Origin: Hypanus sabinus
Taxonomy: Eukaryota
Direction: 5' to 3'
DNA length: 64,000 nucleotides
NCBI RefSeq assembly: GCF_030144855.1
Contig: NC_082718.1
Coordinates: 91,512,001-91,576,000, forward strand
Both the position numbers and the translations under genes were made by a program. Below, in pieces: positions 1 through 10,867 of this stretch. Within the stretch, counting starts at the first letter, position 1; each line of letters begins with the position of its first letter. Under the pieces are notes generated by a model that was given only the letters and a program-made list of their open reading frames with translations, ran no database searches and was not told the origin of the DNA.

Positions 1-836
1 TGCTGTTTGATGGATCTGCTTCGCTCATCTTCAGACTTGCCCCCTCTTACTGCAGAGTTACTCCTTTTAGTACAGTATTCGGTATTTCTACCCTGGGGTA
101 AAGAGACTCTGACCATCTATACTATTTATTCCTCTCTTAATTTCATATACTTCTGTCGGGTCTTCCACCCATCAGTCCTGAGCATTCCAGAGAAAACAAT
201 CCGAGTTTGTCCCGTCTCTCCGTATAGCTGTTATGTTTGACGACATATTCCGGTGATGGTAAACCTGGTCCTAACATTTCATCCAACTTGCCATTCACAA
301 AGCCACAAAAGATTTACTCGTGTAGTGTTGTTGTAAGAGTTGTTTTCTTTTGTAAATTTATGGCACTTTTTATAATAATGTGCTGCAAATACTTCTTTTT
401 TGTTTAAACTCGTATGTTACCAATGTTTATACAAATCTCAGGCTGCTTTTGTTGTATCAGGGTAGTTTTGCACCTACAGCTATCTTGATTCCTGCAGGTG
501 TGGCTTTTTGAAAGAATCAAGCTATTGGAGTTACCCATGGTGATGTTTGCTGATCAGCCAATTTGATAAATGTACATATATCTGCAAAAATTATCTTTTA
601 GCTGCTCAAGTTAACTTACCAGAGCTAAATTTTGAACTGATTTATTACTCCCTTTTATTTATCAGTGTTTTAACTAACATCATAAAATACCGAAGTACTG
701 TATATATACTAGAAAAAAATTCTAAGAGTTATTGTCAATCATGTTTTGGTGTTTGTACATTTATAAACAATACTCTATTAGCATATCAGAGCTCTGAGAT
801 CGAGGGGTGTAGACTTTATGTAGGCATACAAGTGGC
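1..836 (+). repeat. Direct repeat copy A of the SDR intron 2 segment (continues off the window start)
   Basis: Near-identical to 3212-4015 (offset 3211); the ORF track shows the same peptide at 7..240 and 3179..3451. Confidence 0.95.
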
Positions 837-957
837 CATCACCTGACCCATTCTTTACACTAGTTAATCTTCAAGTCGCGGGCCCGCCCAGAGTTTATAT
901 CAGTCGATACCCAGGCATTGTGACGGGAGAGCCGGGGCTGGAGTGACGGCAGCAGGG

Positions 958-1092
958 ATGCAGAGAGCGGTGCTGGTGACAGGAGCGAATCGCGGGCTGG
1001 GCCTGGAATTGATCCGCCAGCTGAGCCAGGTTGAGCGGCCGCCACGTTACCTGTTCGCCGCCTGCAGAGTCCCAGAGGGAGCCCGGGGGACG
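958..1092 (+). CDS. SDR exon 1 (MQRAVLVTGANRGLGLELIRQL...GARGT)
   Basis: ATG at 958 in a CpG-rich patch; nucleotide-binding motif; donor GTGAGT at 1093. Confidence 0.92.
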
Positions 1093-4000
1093 GTGAGTGG
1101 CTTCAGCCCTGAAAGGGGGCTTATTGCTTGAGGCAATGGTCAAGAGGGCTTTTACCAAACGGTTAATAGCCTCGTGATGGGGTGGGATCTTTCTGCAGAG
1201 GCGACCCACTCGGTACGAGGCTGAGTCGAATAATTTCTCCCTTAGCCATGCCTGTGCTTTGTTTCTATTTAAACAAAGTCCAGCTCCCGTTGCAACTCTC
1301 AACCCCCAGCCCTGGTAAGAATGGATCACTGGAGCGACAAAGAGCAGGTGGTTAATATTTACAGGGACATCGACAGGTTACACGGATATGTTGTGGTCCG
1401 ATTGAAAAAGCCGAATAGGCACGGGGCGACGGGCTGAATGGCCTACGCGTGTTTCTGTGTATCAGGTAAAATGACCATTATTTGGCCATTGAGTCCATTT
1501 GTTTTCATTTTTTTTAAATCTCGCTCTTCTTTGGATTTTGTGGTCATCGTTTGCTGCACTTTTAGAGCATGAGGTAGGGTAAATCATTAATTTAAAATAT
1601 TCTTCCACCTTTGAAAAGATTCTCTTTGCTTTTCTGTTGATGTATGTAAAAATAAAGACATATGTCAAAATTGTGCAGCTTTTTTTCTCTGCCACTTGTT
1701 GAAATCTCATCAGTAATTTTCCTGTTTTATATTACCTGTGCCCAGAAGGATCCCAGTGTCATAAAGTCACTAGAACATTGTGCATTGTGAATGGGCTGAA
1801 GTCAGATGTTTTGTATTCCTGCTTTTGAAACCACAAATAATGTATTTAGTACAATTTTCTTCTATTTGTCCAACATGCACAATTTGGCTGTTCTTTCATA
1901 GTACTTATTCTGCTAAAATCATCAAAACATTTGAAAATGTGCTCTAGTAATTTATTGTTAATGCCTCTCGGGACTTTTGCCATATTTTTCTGCAACAAAA
2001 ATTGTCCAAAGAACCGGCTGTAGAGATTTTCACTGATCAGATGCTGTTGGATAATATTGCCGTTTATTTTTCCGAATGGTATTTAATTAATGTCTCTGTG
2101 CTCTGTAGGATCTTAAGAACTTGGCAAAACGTTTCTCAAACATAAAAATAGTTAATATGGGTAAGTGATTATCAATACCATAGTGACTTTTGTTAAGACT
2201 GTGAATTTTCCTGCATGCTCTGAGTTGATTTCTGTATCAAAAGTGAAGTTGAGTGTGGTTATCCCCTTTGGTTCAAGAGCCTGATGGTTGAGGGGTAGTA
2301 ACTGTCTGTCCCTGAACATGGTAGGTCAGCCATGAGGCTCCTGTACCACCTTCCTGATGGCAACAGAGGGAAGAGAGCACGACCTGGGTATTGGGGGTCC
2401 CTGATGATAGACGCTGATGAAACACTGTTGCAGAATAGTCATGTAGATGTGCTCAATGAGGGAGGGATTTACTCGTGATGGACTGGGCCGTATCCACTAC
2501 TTTTTGTAGGCGTTTCTGTTGAAGGGCATTGGTGTTTTCAATGTGATGCAGCCACTCAATATACTCTCCACTACAAATCTATAGAAGTTCGTCAGAGGTT
2601 TAGATGTCAAGCTGAATCTTCACAAACTCATAAGGAAGTAGAGGCACTGCTGTGCTTTCTTTATAATTCCGCTTGCGTGCTGAGCCCAGGACAGGTCCTC
2701 CAAAATATAACACTGAGGAAGTTAAAGTTGCTGACCCCTTCGACCTCTGATGAAGACTGGCTCATGAATCTCTGTTTCCTCCTGCTGAAGTCAATAATTC
2801 ACTCCCAGGTTTGGCTGACATTGAGTAAGAGGTTGTTGTTGTGGCACCAGTCAGTCAGATTTTCAATTTCTCTCCTATATGCTGATTCATCAGCACCTTT
2901 GACTCAGCCGACAGCTGTGGTTTCACCAGCAAACTTGTATATGGCTTTGGAGCTGTGCTTAGCTACATGCTTCTAAGTGTAGAGCAGAGCAGAGGACTAA
3001 ACACACGGTCTTGCAGTGCACCTGTGGGATTGTGGGAGGAAACCAAAGCGTCTGGAGGAAACTCATGAGGTTACGGGGACAACACAAAACTTTACAGGCA
3101 ACAGTGGGAATTGAATCTGGGTTGGGTCGGTGGTACTGTAAATCATTGAGCTAATCATGATGGTGCTGTGCCACCATCTTGTACGTGTACAACCTCTTAA
3201 ATCTGATTCTACGCTGTTTGATGGATCTGCTTCGCTCATCTTCAGACTTGCCCCCTCTTACTGCAGAGTTACTCCTTTTAGTACAGTATTCGGTATTTCT
3301 ACCCTGGGGTAAAGAGACTCTGACCATCTATACTATTTATTCCTCTCTTAATTTCATATACTTCTGTCGGGTCTTCCACCCATCAGTCCTGAGCATTCCA
3401 GAGAAAACAATCCAAGTTTGTCCCGTCTCTCCGTATAGCTGTTATGTTTGACGACATATTCCGGTGATGGTAAACCTGGTCCTAACATTTCATCCAACTT
3501 GCCATTCACAAAGCCACAAAAGATTTACTCGTGTAGTAAGTATAGTTAAGAGTTGTTTTCTTTTGTAAATTTATGGCACTTTTTATAATAATGTGCTGCA
3601 AATACTTTTTTTGTTTAAACTCGAATGTTACCAATGTTTAAACAAATCTCAGGCTGCTTTTGTTGTATCAGGGTAGTTTTACACTTACAGCTATCTTGAT
3701 TCCTGCAGGTGTGGCTTTTTGAAAGATTCAAGCTACTGCAGTTACCCATGGTGATGTTTGCTGATCAGCCAATTTGATAAATGTACATATATCTGCAAAA
3801 ATTATCTTTTAGCTGCTCAAGTTAACTTACCAGAACTAAATTTTGAACTGATTTATTTCTTCCTTTTATTTATCAGTGTTTTAACTAACATCATAAAATA
3901 CTGAAGTATATTGTCAATCATGTTTTGGTATTTGTACATTTATAAACGATACTCTATTAGCAAATCAGAGCTCTGAGAATGAGGGGTGTAGCCTTTATGT

Positions 4001-7000
4001 AGGCGTACAAGTGGCTAAGGTACCTGTGGCTGGAACGATCCAGCAATCCAGAAAATTGATTGAGAAAAAAGGTAGTTTAAGATTTAAAGAATGTGCTTAA
4101 CGTTTGTACTCAAACTTTAGATACACTGCACTGCGTTTTACAATCTATTTGTTAAATATCATCAGTGTTAGATATAATGTACATCTCTGTGCTGTAATAT
4201 GACACGAGCAGCTTTTAAGTTAGAAAAAGGCAGTACAAATGAATAAACCAGATTTAATTTCTTTATGTATATTTTTAAAGATCTGGATGACTTTGACAGC
4301 ATTCAAACGAGTGCTGAAGAGATACAAAAGGTATTGAAAAACGATGGCCTGAATCTGTTAATAAACAATGCTGGGATCAATATTGATGGAGGTCTGTATG
4401 ACATTACCCCAGAAATAATGATGAAGACTCACACGATCAATGTCATTGGCCCAATGATGGTTACCAAGGTAACTTGCAATTTAGGTTTGGTTTTGAGGTA
4501 TTTATTGTACCATTGGTTCTGTTCAATTTCTTTGGCTGGTCGGAGAGTACCGAGAAGAGGGTGGGGTCTAAATCCTCCTCGTACTATCTTTCAGAATGGA
4601 TGCAAGAGATGCTGTGTACAAACACTGTACTTTGTACCCTAGTTTTTGAGATTGCTTTTCTCCCAAGAAATCTTGCTTAAATGCTGCATTGATAGGCCTA
4701 CAACAGGGGTTCCCAACTTTTTTTTTAATGCAGTGAAGTTTTATCATTAACTAAGGGGTCCATGGACTCCAGGTTGGGACCGCTGGCCTACACTTCATCA
4801 ATGACTTGTTTGGCCAGTTTGTTAACTGTCTCTCATCAAGTTGTCAACTTGTGAACATGACTAAGTAGATCATTATGAAGGAGCAGAAAACATCATTCAT
4901 TGGGCAACTGAGAGAAGGAAAATAATAATATTGACTTTAAAATAGGACTTGAAACTATTAAAATCTTTTCAGGTCACCTGAAGCAGTTAATGGATAACTG
5001 GAAAAGTAGTCACTAGCCAGTTCATGGACAGCAAGATGTAACAAATGATCACATGATTTATTTCTGGCAGTGTAGAAAGAGAGAAAGTAATGGTTAAATT
5101 ATTGGTTCTTATATCCACCTAAGAGAACAGACAGTTGAACAGCTCTGTGTTTAAATCCCATCTAAAATTCAGTAAAATTGCAAAGATGTACAGGTTAGGG
5201 TTACTAAATTGTGGGCATGCTATGTATGCTGCCCTCAGCACCTTCCTGAAGCAAGCAACACAGTTCACTGTGTGTCTTGATATACATTTGACAAACAAAG
5301 CTAATCTTTAGTATCACAGCTAGCGCAACAGTGTTCAGAACCACTGTGGTATGCCTGCTGACGGCTTTTGTGCTCAGTTCTCGGAAGCTGGACTTGAGCC
5401 TGCAACCTCCTGACCTGAGTTGAGATTATTACCAGGTAGGCAGCAGCTGATGCAAAGATATCAGCAGATTTTGAAAATTCTGTTTGACAAGTTATAGTCG
5501 CTAATGAGAAGAATTTAAGACTGGCGTATTTGGACAACAATTTTTTTCATAAGCACTGCTTCCTCAGAGTTTATTTTATGATAGACTGCTTGAAGCTAAA
5601 ATATAATTTCAGATCACTTTTATCACCTGGGAATTTGGAGAAAGAAATTAACTCTGAATGAATTAATGTGTTTCATTGCATAACGGTTGCTGATGCTTTG
5701 TAATAGTTCAACTAAGCTAAAAACGTTTTGTTGATGATTATCGCTTGTACTCAGTGTGAGAGGCTTCTCAACCTTGTCCAAAAATCAACCAGTATTGATG
5801 GATTCCAGTTGCTCTGATGCCATTTCTCCATGACAGCAGTGTCCTGGTGAAAACTTCCACCACGCTTGTCACTGATAGCGCTAAGATTTGCAGGGAAGAA
5901 TCTAAATGGGAATGCAGAAAATTAATCTTCCGTGACATGTTGCACTTCATGGTTTTGTATGCTTGAAGCATGTTGTCAACCAGCTACACGTAGTTTGCTG
6001 CTCTGCATTGATGCTCAGTTGAAAAATTTCAACAACATCCTTGAATACCTTCCATGCAATTTTCTCTGGTCCCACTAGAAGTTCTTTGAGTGCTTGTCAT
6101 TGATGCTCTGTTTGATTTGTGGACCATCAAAAATGGCCTTTCTTAATCTTGGCATCAGATATTCTGAGAAATTCATCTCAAACATTGAAATCTTTTGAGG
6201 AAATTTATAGCCTTTCTAAAGCTTGTCCTGCCTAAACATGCCCAGGGGTACCTGGACAAGCTTACATTGTGGACAGTGTTTTAATTGACTTGAATTATGA
6301 GTTCAAATAAAAAATAGAAGTGATTTCAAAATAATGGTTCACGATAAGGAAATTCCATGGAAGTTGCATGATCATCAGCCCAAAATCCATAAGATACACC
6401 CAAAAGTATTCAGCAAGCAAAATTTTTGTTGCCCAGTGTAATCTGTTATCTTAGTTGTCATTATCATTTGACATTCCTCTCCATATATTTGTACTTCAAA
6501 GATTATTTTAAAAATCTTTAGAAAGGTAATGAAGTGCTCAATAAGCTATAATAGATGTTAGTTGTTTATTTTTCTTGTTTTAATCAATTTTGTTAATTTC
6601 AATGACATTGTCTCATTTTCCCAAAAAGAAGAACGTGCCAAATGTTAGTCCTGTTTATAATGCTCGTTTGTGCTGCTTTTCTCAGTACATCTTCCTTATG
6701 TTACAGGCTTTTCTGCCGGCTTTAATGAAAGCAGCTCAGCTGAGTGATGAACCTGGCTTCAGCAGTAAGAAAGCAGCGGTTATCAACATGTCCTCTATCT
6801 TGGGCTCCATGGAGACTTTCAGCATGGAGTTTTGGAAAGCATGTGCCTACAGGATCAGCAAGGTCCTTGTCCTTAACTGCACGCACAAAGGGGAACAATG
6901 ATGTAACAAATCCAACTGCATTCGATAACTCGTGTTTGTTGATGTTTCTTTATCCTCCAGGTTCTTTACAGAACTTTTACTTTGCCATTTGGAGGCGGTG

Positions 7001-9232
7001 GATGTGTGGGCTGGTTGTACTTACCAAAATGAAGCCATAGTTAGCATTAGTTACTTCCTGCCATGACATCAGTGAACCCTATCTCAGATAAAATATTGGG
7101 GCGGCGATGATATCGTGGTGGCTAGCACAATGCTTTACGGTACCAGTGACCCAGGTTCAGTTCCCGTCGCTGTTTGCAAGACATTTTGTACGTTCTCACT
7201 GTGACCATGTGGCTTCCTTGCATATTCCAAAGACCTACCAGTTGGTAGGTTCATTGGCCATCGTAAAGTGGTTAGGCTAGTGCATAGTAGATACAGAGTA
7301 AATCTTTTAACTTCCTCAATTTCATTCTTTAGCTCACCCCTCAGAAGAACACTGCTGTTTTTTTATATCAACATGATCTATTTCTAATTTTCTGCCCCGG
7401 CATCCCACAGCATCTTGTGTGAATTTATCATTTGTAGAGATTTTCATAATGTCAGCTGGGTGCCAATCCTTGGAAGTGGTTTCACCCCTAGGTCTAAGCT
7501 GCAATGAAAAGTTAGTACTTCTGTCTAGAGCCATTCTGCTAAAGTGCCTTAATGACACAACTGGCTATAGACAAATTGCAACAAGAATGGCACAATGCAG
7601 AATGGTCTAGTCATTAATAAAATGTGACTCAATGCATTCAGACTAAAGCTGAACAATGCATGATTAATTGGAACTGTGTGTGGATAGAAAAGACTGCAAA
7701 ATCACAAATAATGCTGAGATTTCTGAATAAGAACATAAAGTGCACGAAAGATGATGAATGTCTACAAGTGGCCGGAGCTCAAATCCTATGAGCAGATTGG
7801 CCATTCTGTTATGACCTTTTTTTATTCCTTTCCACACCTTGTGGCACATAGGCTGGAAACATTTAGAACTTTTGTCTGTTTTTTTGAGGCCGAGTTGCCA
7901 ACTCGACACCCAACCCAGCATGGATGGAAAGCGTGCAGGGAGCCAGCCGGATTCGAACCCAGGACCACTCGCCTCCAAGTCGGGTGTGGATGCCACAACA
8001 CCACCAACTGGCTATTCCATTATGGAAAGTGCAATAAAGCTTCAGGATGTGTACACCACAAGTCACCGGGATGATCACAGTAGATAAATTAGAGTGACAT
8101 TCACAATTTTCAAGAATGCATAACACTATATAAACCCTTGCCTGGAATGTCTTTTAAAACCCACTTTAGAAGTGAAAAGTCAGAATACCTAATGGTTGTG
8201 ACAGGAGTTTGGGCTGAAACCATTGCGGTTTTTAATCGGAAGGGCAAATGAGAGTCTGAGGAAGAGTTAGTATTCTGGGAAAGAACAGTGAGGAGGTGGG
8301 ATTGACACTTGTATGAGTTGGCCATCCGATGCCGTAAAGAAAACTTGTGAACTGCAATTTTTGCCAGATAATAATGCAGTCACTTAGCTATATTGGTCTT
8401 TTAAACAGGCTGGACTGAATATGGTCACCAAGTGCTTAACTAATGAGCTGACACCCCACAGAATCCTTTGTGCTTCAGTGCACCCCGGCTGGGTCAGAAC
8501 AGACATGGGTACTGAAAAGGTAAGAAAAAAGACATAGTGAATAGTCTAGAATTGCATCAGCCATCAATATGTCTAAGTTTTTTAAATAAGAGATTTCAAT
8601 TCTATCTCAGTAGTTAATTTGTTATTAGTCTTGATTAATACCCACCCATTTTATTGTTTGCTTATACTATTTACCTCAATTTCCTCTGTAATCATTGTAA
8701 TATTTGCCAAGCTTGAGTTTTAATGCAAGTTGTTACATCATAAAATGAACTTTTTGTTTCTGGATTATGCAGCATTTTGTCCTTTTTAACCCCCCCCCCC
8801 CCCCACTTCACCATCAGTGTGTTATATTGCCATATTCAAAGTAGTTCATTGCAGTTCATCGCTTTAATTAGGCTTTTGCCTTTGGCAAACATCACGTTTG
8901 TTGTTGTATTGTCTCCTGCTGTCCAGGCTGCTTCACTGAGGCCACTGTTACGAGGGGTCTGCAAGTTCATTCCAATGCAGATTTTTCCCCAAGGTCTGGC
9001 AACTAGTTTGGATATTGATTCAGAGCTGCCCTTGCCAGACAAAATACCTTCATGTCTGGGGATCTTGGACTTCGTACTTTATTTCTATCTAATCTTTTAT
9101 TTTGTTTGCTTTCACCAGGCACCACTAACCAAAGAAGAAAGTATACAAGGATTACTTAGGATATTTTCAAATCTGTCAGACAAAGACAATGGATCATTTA
9201 TAGACTGGAGAGGTGAACGTGTACCTTGGTGA
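958..9232 (+). CDS. C-factor (CsgA)/Sniffer-like short-chain dehydrogenase/reductase, complete 6-exon gene, 251 aa: join(958..1092,2109..2160,4281..4468,6707..6862,8409..8519,9119..9232)
   Basis: All introns are GT-AG with compatible phases and the exons sum to 756 nt. Classical SDR motifs: VLVTGANRGLG (TGxxxGxG), LINNAGI, INMSSILGS, catalytic YRISK (YxxxK), VHPGWVRTDMG, and the C-terminal FIDWRGERVPW typical of the CsgA/C-factor subgroup. Confidence 0.93.
2109..2160 (+). CDS. SDR exon 2 (DLKNLAKRFSNIKIVNM)
   Basis: ctctgtag acceptor, gtaagt donor; phase 0 to 1 joins exons 1 and 3. Confidence 0.88.
2235..3025 (-). mobile_element. Degraded Rex1/Babar-like LINE 3' RT fragment
   Basis: Similar to the better-preserved copies at 16743-18449 and 51185-52494. 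Confidence 0.65.
3026..3178 (-). mobile_element. tRNA-derived SINE (HE1/V-SINE-like) 5' part
   Basis: Reverse complement resembles the head of the SINE at 49577-49870. Confidence 0.55.
3212..4015 (+). repeat. Direct repeat copy B, within SDR intron 2
   Basis: Aligns to 1-836 with scattered substitutions and an ~30-bp indel. Confidence 0.95.
4281..4468 (+). CDS. SDR exon 3 (DLDDFDSI...LINNAGI...PMMVTK)
   Basis: NNAG motif; tttaaag acceptor, gtaact donor. Confidence 0.92.
4704..4785. mobile_element. 82-bp hAT (Charlie-type) MITE
   Basis: Termini CAGGGGTTCCCAAC / GTTGGGACCGCTG; 8-bp TSD GCCTACAA / GCCTACAC. Confidence 0.8.
5720..6438 (-). mobile_element. Chapaev3-like (CMC superfamily) DNA transposon deletion derivative
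   Basis: Minus-strand peptide MLQAYKTMKCNMSRKINFLHSHLD matches the MSxKIHFLHSHLD motif of Chapaev3 transposases; terminus CACTGGGCAACAAAA at 6438; left boundary approximate. Confidence 0.65.
6707..6862 (+). CDS. SDR exon 4 (AFLPALMKAA...INMSSILGS...YRISK)
   Basis: Catalytic Ser and YxxxK; ttacag acceptor; weak gtcctt donor. Confidence 0.9.
7099..7280 (+). mobile_element. tRNA-derived SINE (HE1/V-SINE-like), truncated
   Basis: A/B-box-like head (GGTTCAGTTCC); body similar to 49577-49870. Confidence 0.7.
7825..8008 (-). mobile_element. tRNA-derived SINE of a second family
   Basis: Minus strand TGGTGTTGTGG...GGGTTCGAATCC (Pol III A and B boxes); does not fold into a complete tRNA. Confidence 0.6.
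8409..8519 (+). CDS. SDR exon 5 (AGLNMVTKCL...VHPGWVRTDMGTEK)
   Basis: HPGWVRTDMG motif; aaacag acceptor, gtaaga donor; absent from the ORF track. Confidence 0.92.
9119..9232 (+). CDS. SDR exon 6 (APLTKEESIQG...WRGERVPW*)
   Basis: Polypyrimidine tract plus caccag acceptor; TGA at 9230-9232. Confidence 0.92.
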   Translation, partial: APLTKEESIQGLLRIFSNLSDKDNGSFIDWRGERVPW

Positions 9233-9356
9233 AGACTAACTTGCACGAATTAACATGAAATAGAAGTGGAATTTATTACCACTGATTTTTGAATTCATAA
9301 GTTTAATATAGCATATTGGAAGTAATGAACAGTATACTAGATGTACTTAACACTTT

Positions 9357-9379
9357 AATAAATATAAATTCTTAATAAA
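9357..9379 (+). terminator. Polyadenylation signals of the SDR gene (two AATAAA)
   Basis: AATAAA at 9357-9362 and 9374-9379, ~125-145 nt after the stop, followed by U/GU-rich sequence. Confidence 0.6.
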
Positions 9380-9654
9380 GATATCACAATTTAACTGAAT
9401 TATGTGTATTGAACTTCTTGCACTTCATTTGAATATACACCCAGTGGCCACATTATTAGGTAGCTCCTGGACCTAATAAAGTGGCCACTGAGTATACGAT
9501 CATGGTCTTCTGCTGCTACAGCCCATCCACTTCAAGGTTTGATGTGTTGTGCCTTCAGAGATGCTCTTCTGCACATCACTTGTATCGTGTCATTATTATT
9601 TACTGTTGCCTTCCTGTCAGCTTAAGCCAGTCTGGCCATCTTCCCCTGACCTCT

Positions 9655-9895
9655 CTGTTCCAGCTCCTACCATCCGGGAAATGGTACCGCTGCATTAAAG
9701 TCAGGAACAACAGGTTCTGGGACAGCTTCTTCCACCAGGCCATTAGACTGATTAATTCATGCTGATACAATTGTATTTCTATGCTGTATTGTTATACATA
9801 CATTTATTACAAATTACTATAAATTGCACATACAGATGGAAATGTAAAGATTTTTACTCGTGTATATGAAGGATATTAGAAATAAAGTCAAATTC
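9655..9895 (+). mobile_element. Rex1/Babar-like LINE extreme 3' fragment
   Basis: LFQLLPSGKWYRCIKVRNNRFWDSFFHQAIRLIN is the characteristic C-terminus, followed by a 3' UTR with AATAAA. Confidence 0.7.
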
Positions 9896-10601
9896 ATCGA
9901 CAAGGCGTTTTTGCCCATGGAAATGCCTCTCATTGGATGTTTTTTGTAATTTATTTTTTTATTGAAGTTCATCATCAAACAAACATTTCCATAAGATGTA
10001 TTTCAGACGTTGTACATATATATCATATAATCATATATATCACAAATCTCCACAAAGTATTTATCTGAGGTATACACATAGAAAAGAGCGGAAAGAAAAA
10101 AAAATTAAAAGGAAAGAACTATGTACAAGTAGGGAGTGATCTTTTTTTTACAACAGATTCATTGATTTGTGAGAATAAAATCAGGCCTATGAGGCATTAT
10201 GTAGTTAAACCATTTTTACCAGTATGAATCAAATTGTTCCAAATTAGATAAAATTCTGTTATGTTTGTTTGGATTTAATAGCCCATTGACATTAAAAGAA
10301 ATGAATTTTACCTTGTCCTTAGCCATCTGTATTTATCTGTCAATGTACCATTGAAATTAGAATAAAACTTAATAGATCTACTCCCTGAACAAATAAAATG
10401 TGCAAATAACATCAAAAATGGCAATGAACGTGTGATTCCATGGTTGAAGTCTCTGGTAGATGACCCTGCATTGAGCTAGAGGAAATGTCTAGCTGTGGGG
10501 GGTAACCCCTCCTACTTGTGAGTTGAGGGCCCCCAATGCAGTATTCATAAAAGTCAGTGAAGAAATCCATTACACAGAAAAGATTTCCCTGTGTATTCCT
10601 C

Positions 10602-10710
10602 CTATATATATACATACACACACATACACATATATTTTTATCTATCTATCTATCTATATATATACATAGATACATACATACACACACACACATTACATAC
10701 ACATATATAT
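10602..10710. repeat. (AT)/(AC)/(ATCT) compound microsatellite in the L1 inter-ORF spacer
   Basis: Directly visible. Confidence 0.85.
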
Positions 10711-10867
10711 TCTCATTTTGGTGGGAAAAAGGAGTAAGTGAGTGAATAAAGAATAACAACTAAGTAATATAAAATCCACATTATAATAAGTATTTCTCAA
10801 GATAGGTATATCACCGTGTACTTTTGCTTCTGTTTAGCTTCTCAACATTTTTAAAGTTAGCCAAACC

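Noticed and set aside
7-240. Identical peptide ORFs at 7..240 and 3179..3451 as a duplicated small gene
   Set aside because: They lie in the duplicated intron segment, overlap degraded LINE-like sequence, and have no recognisable domain or splice support.
7930-8008. tRNA gene (GGTTCGAATCC B box on the minus strand)
   Set aside because: No convincing cloverleaf or acceptor stem; it continues into a SINE body. The same applies to 7099 and 49577.
958-9232. Recent horizontal transfer of bacterial csgA
   Set aside because: Five spliceosomal introns and host-like composition; the family is widespread in animals.
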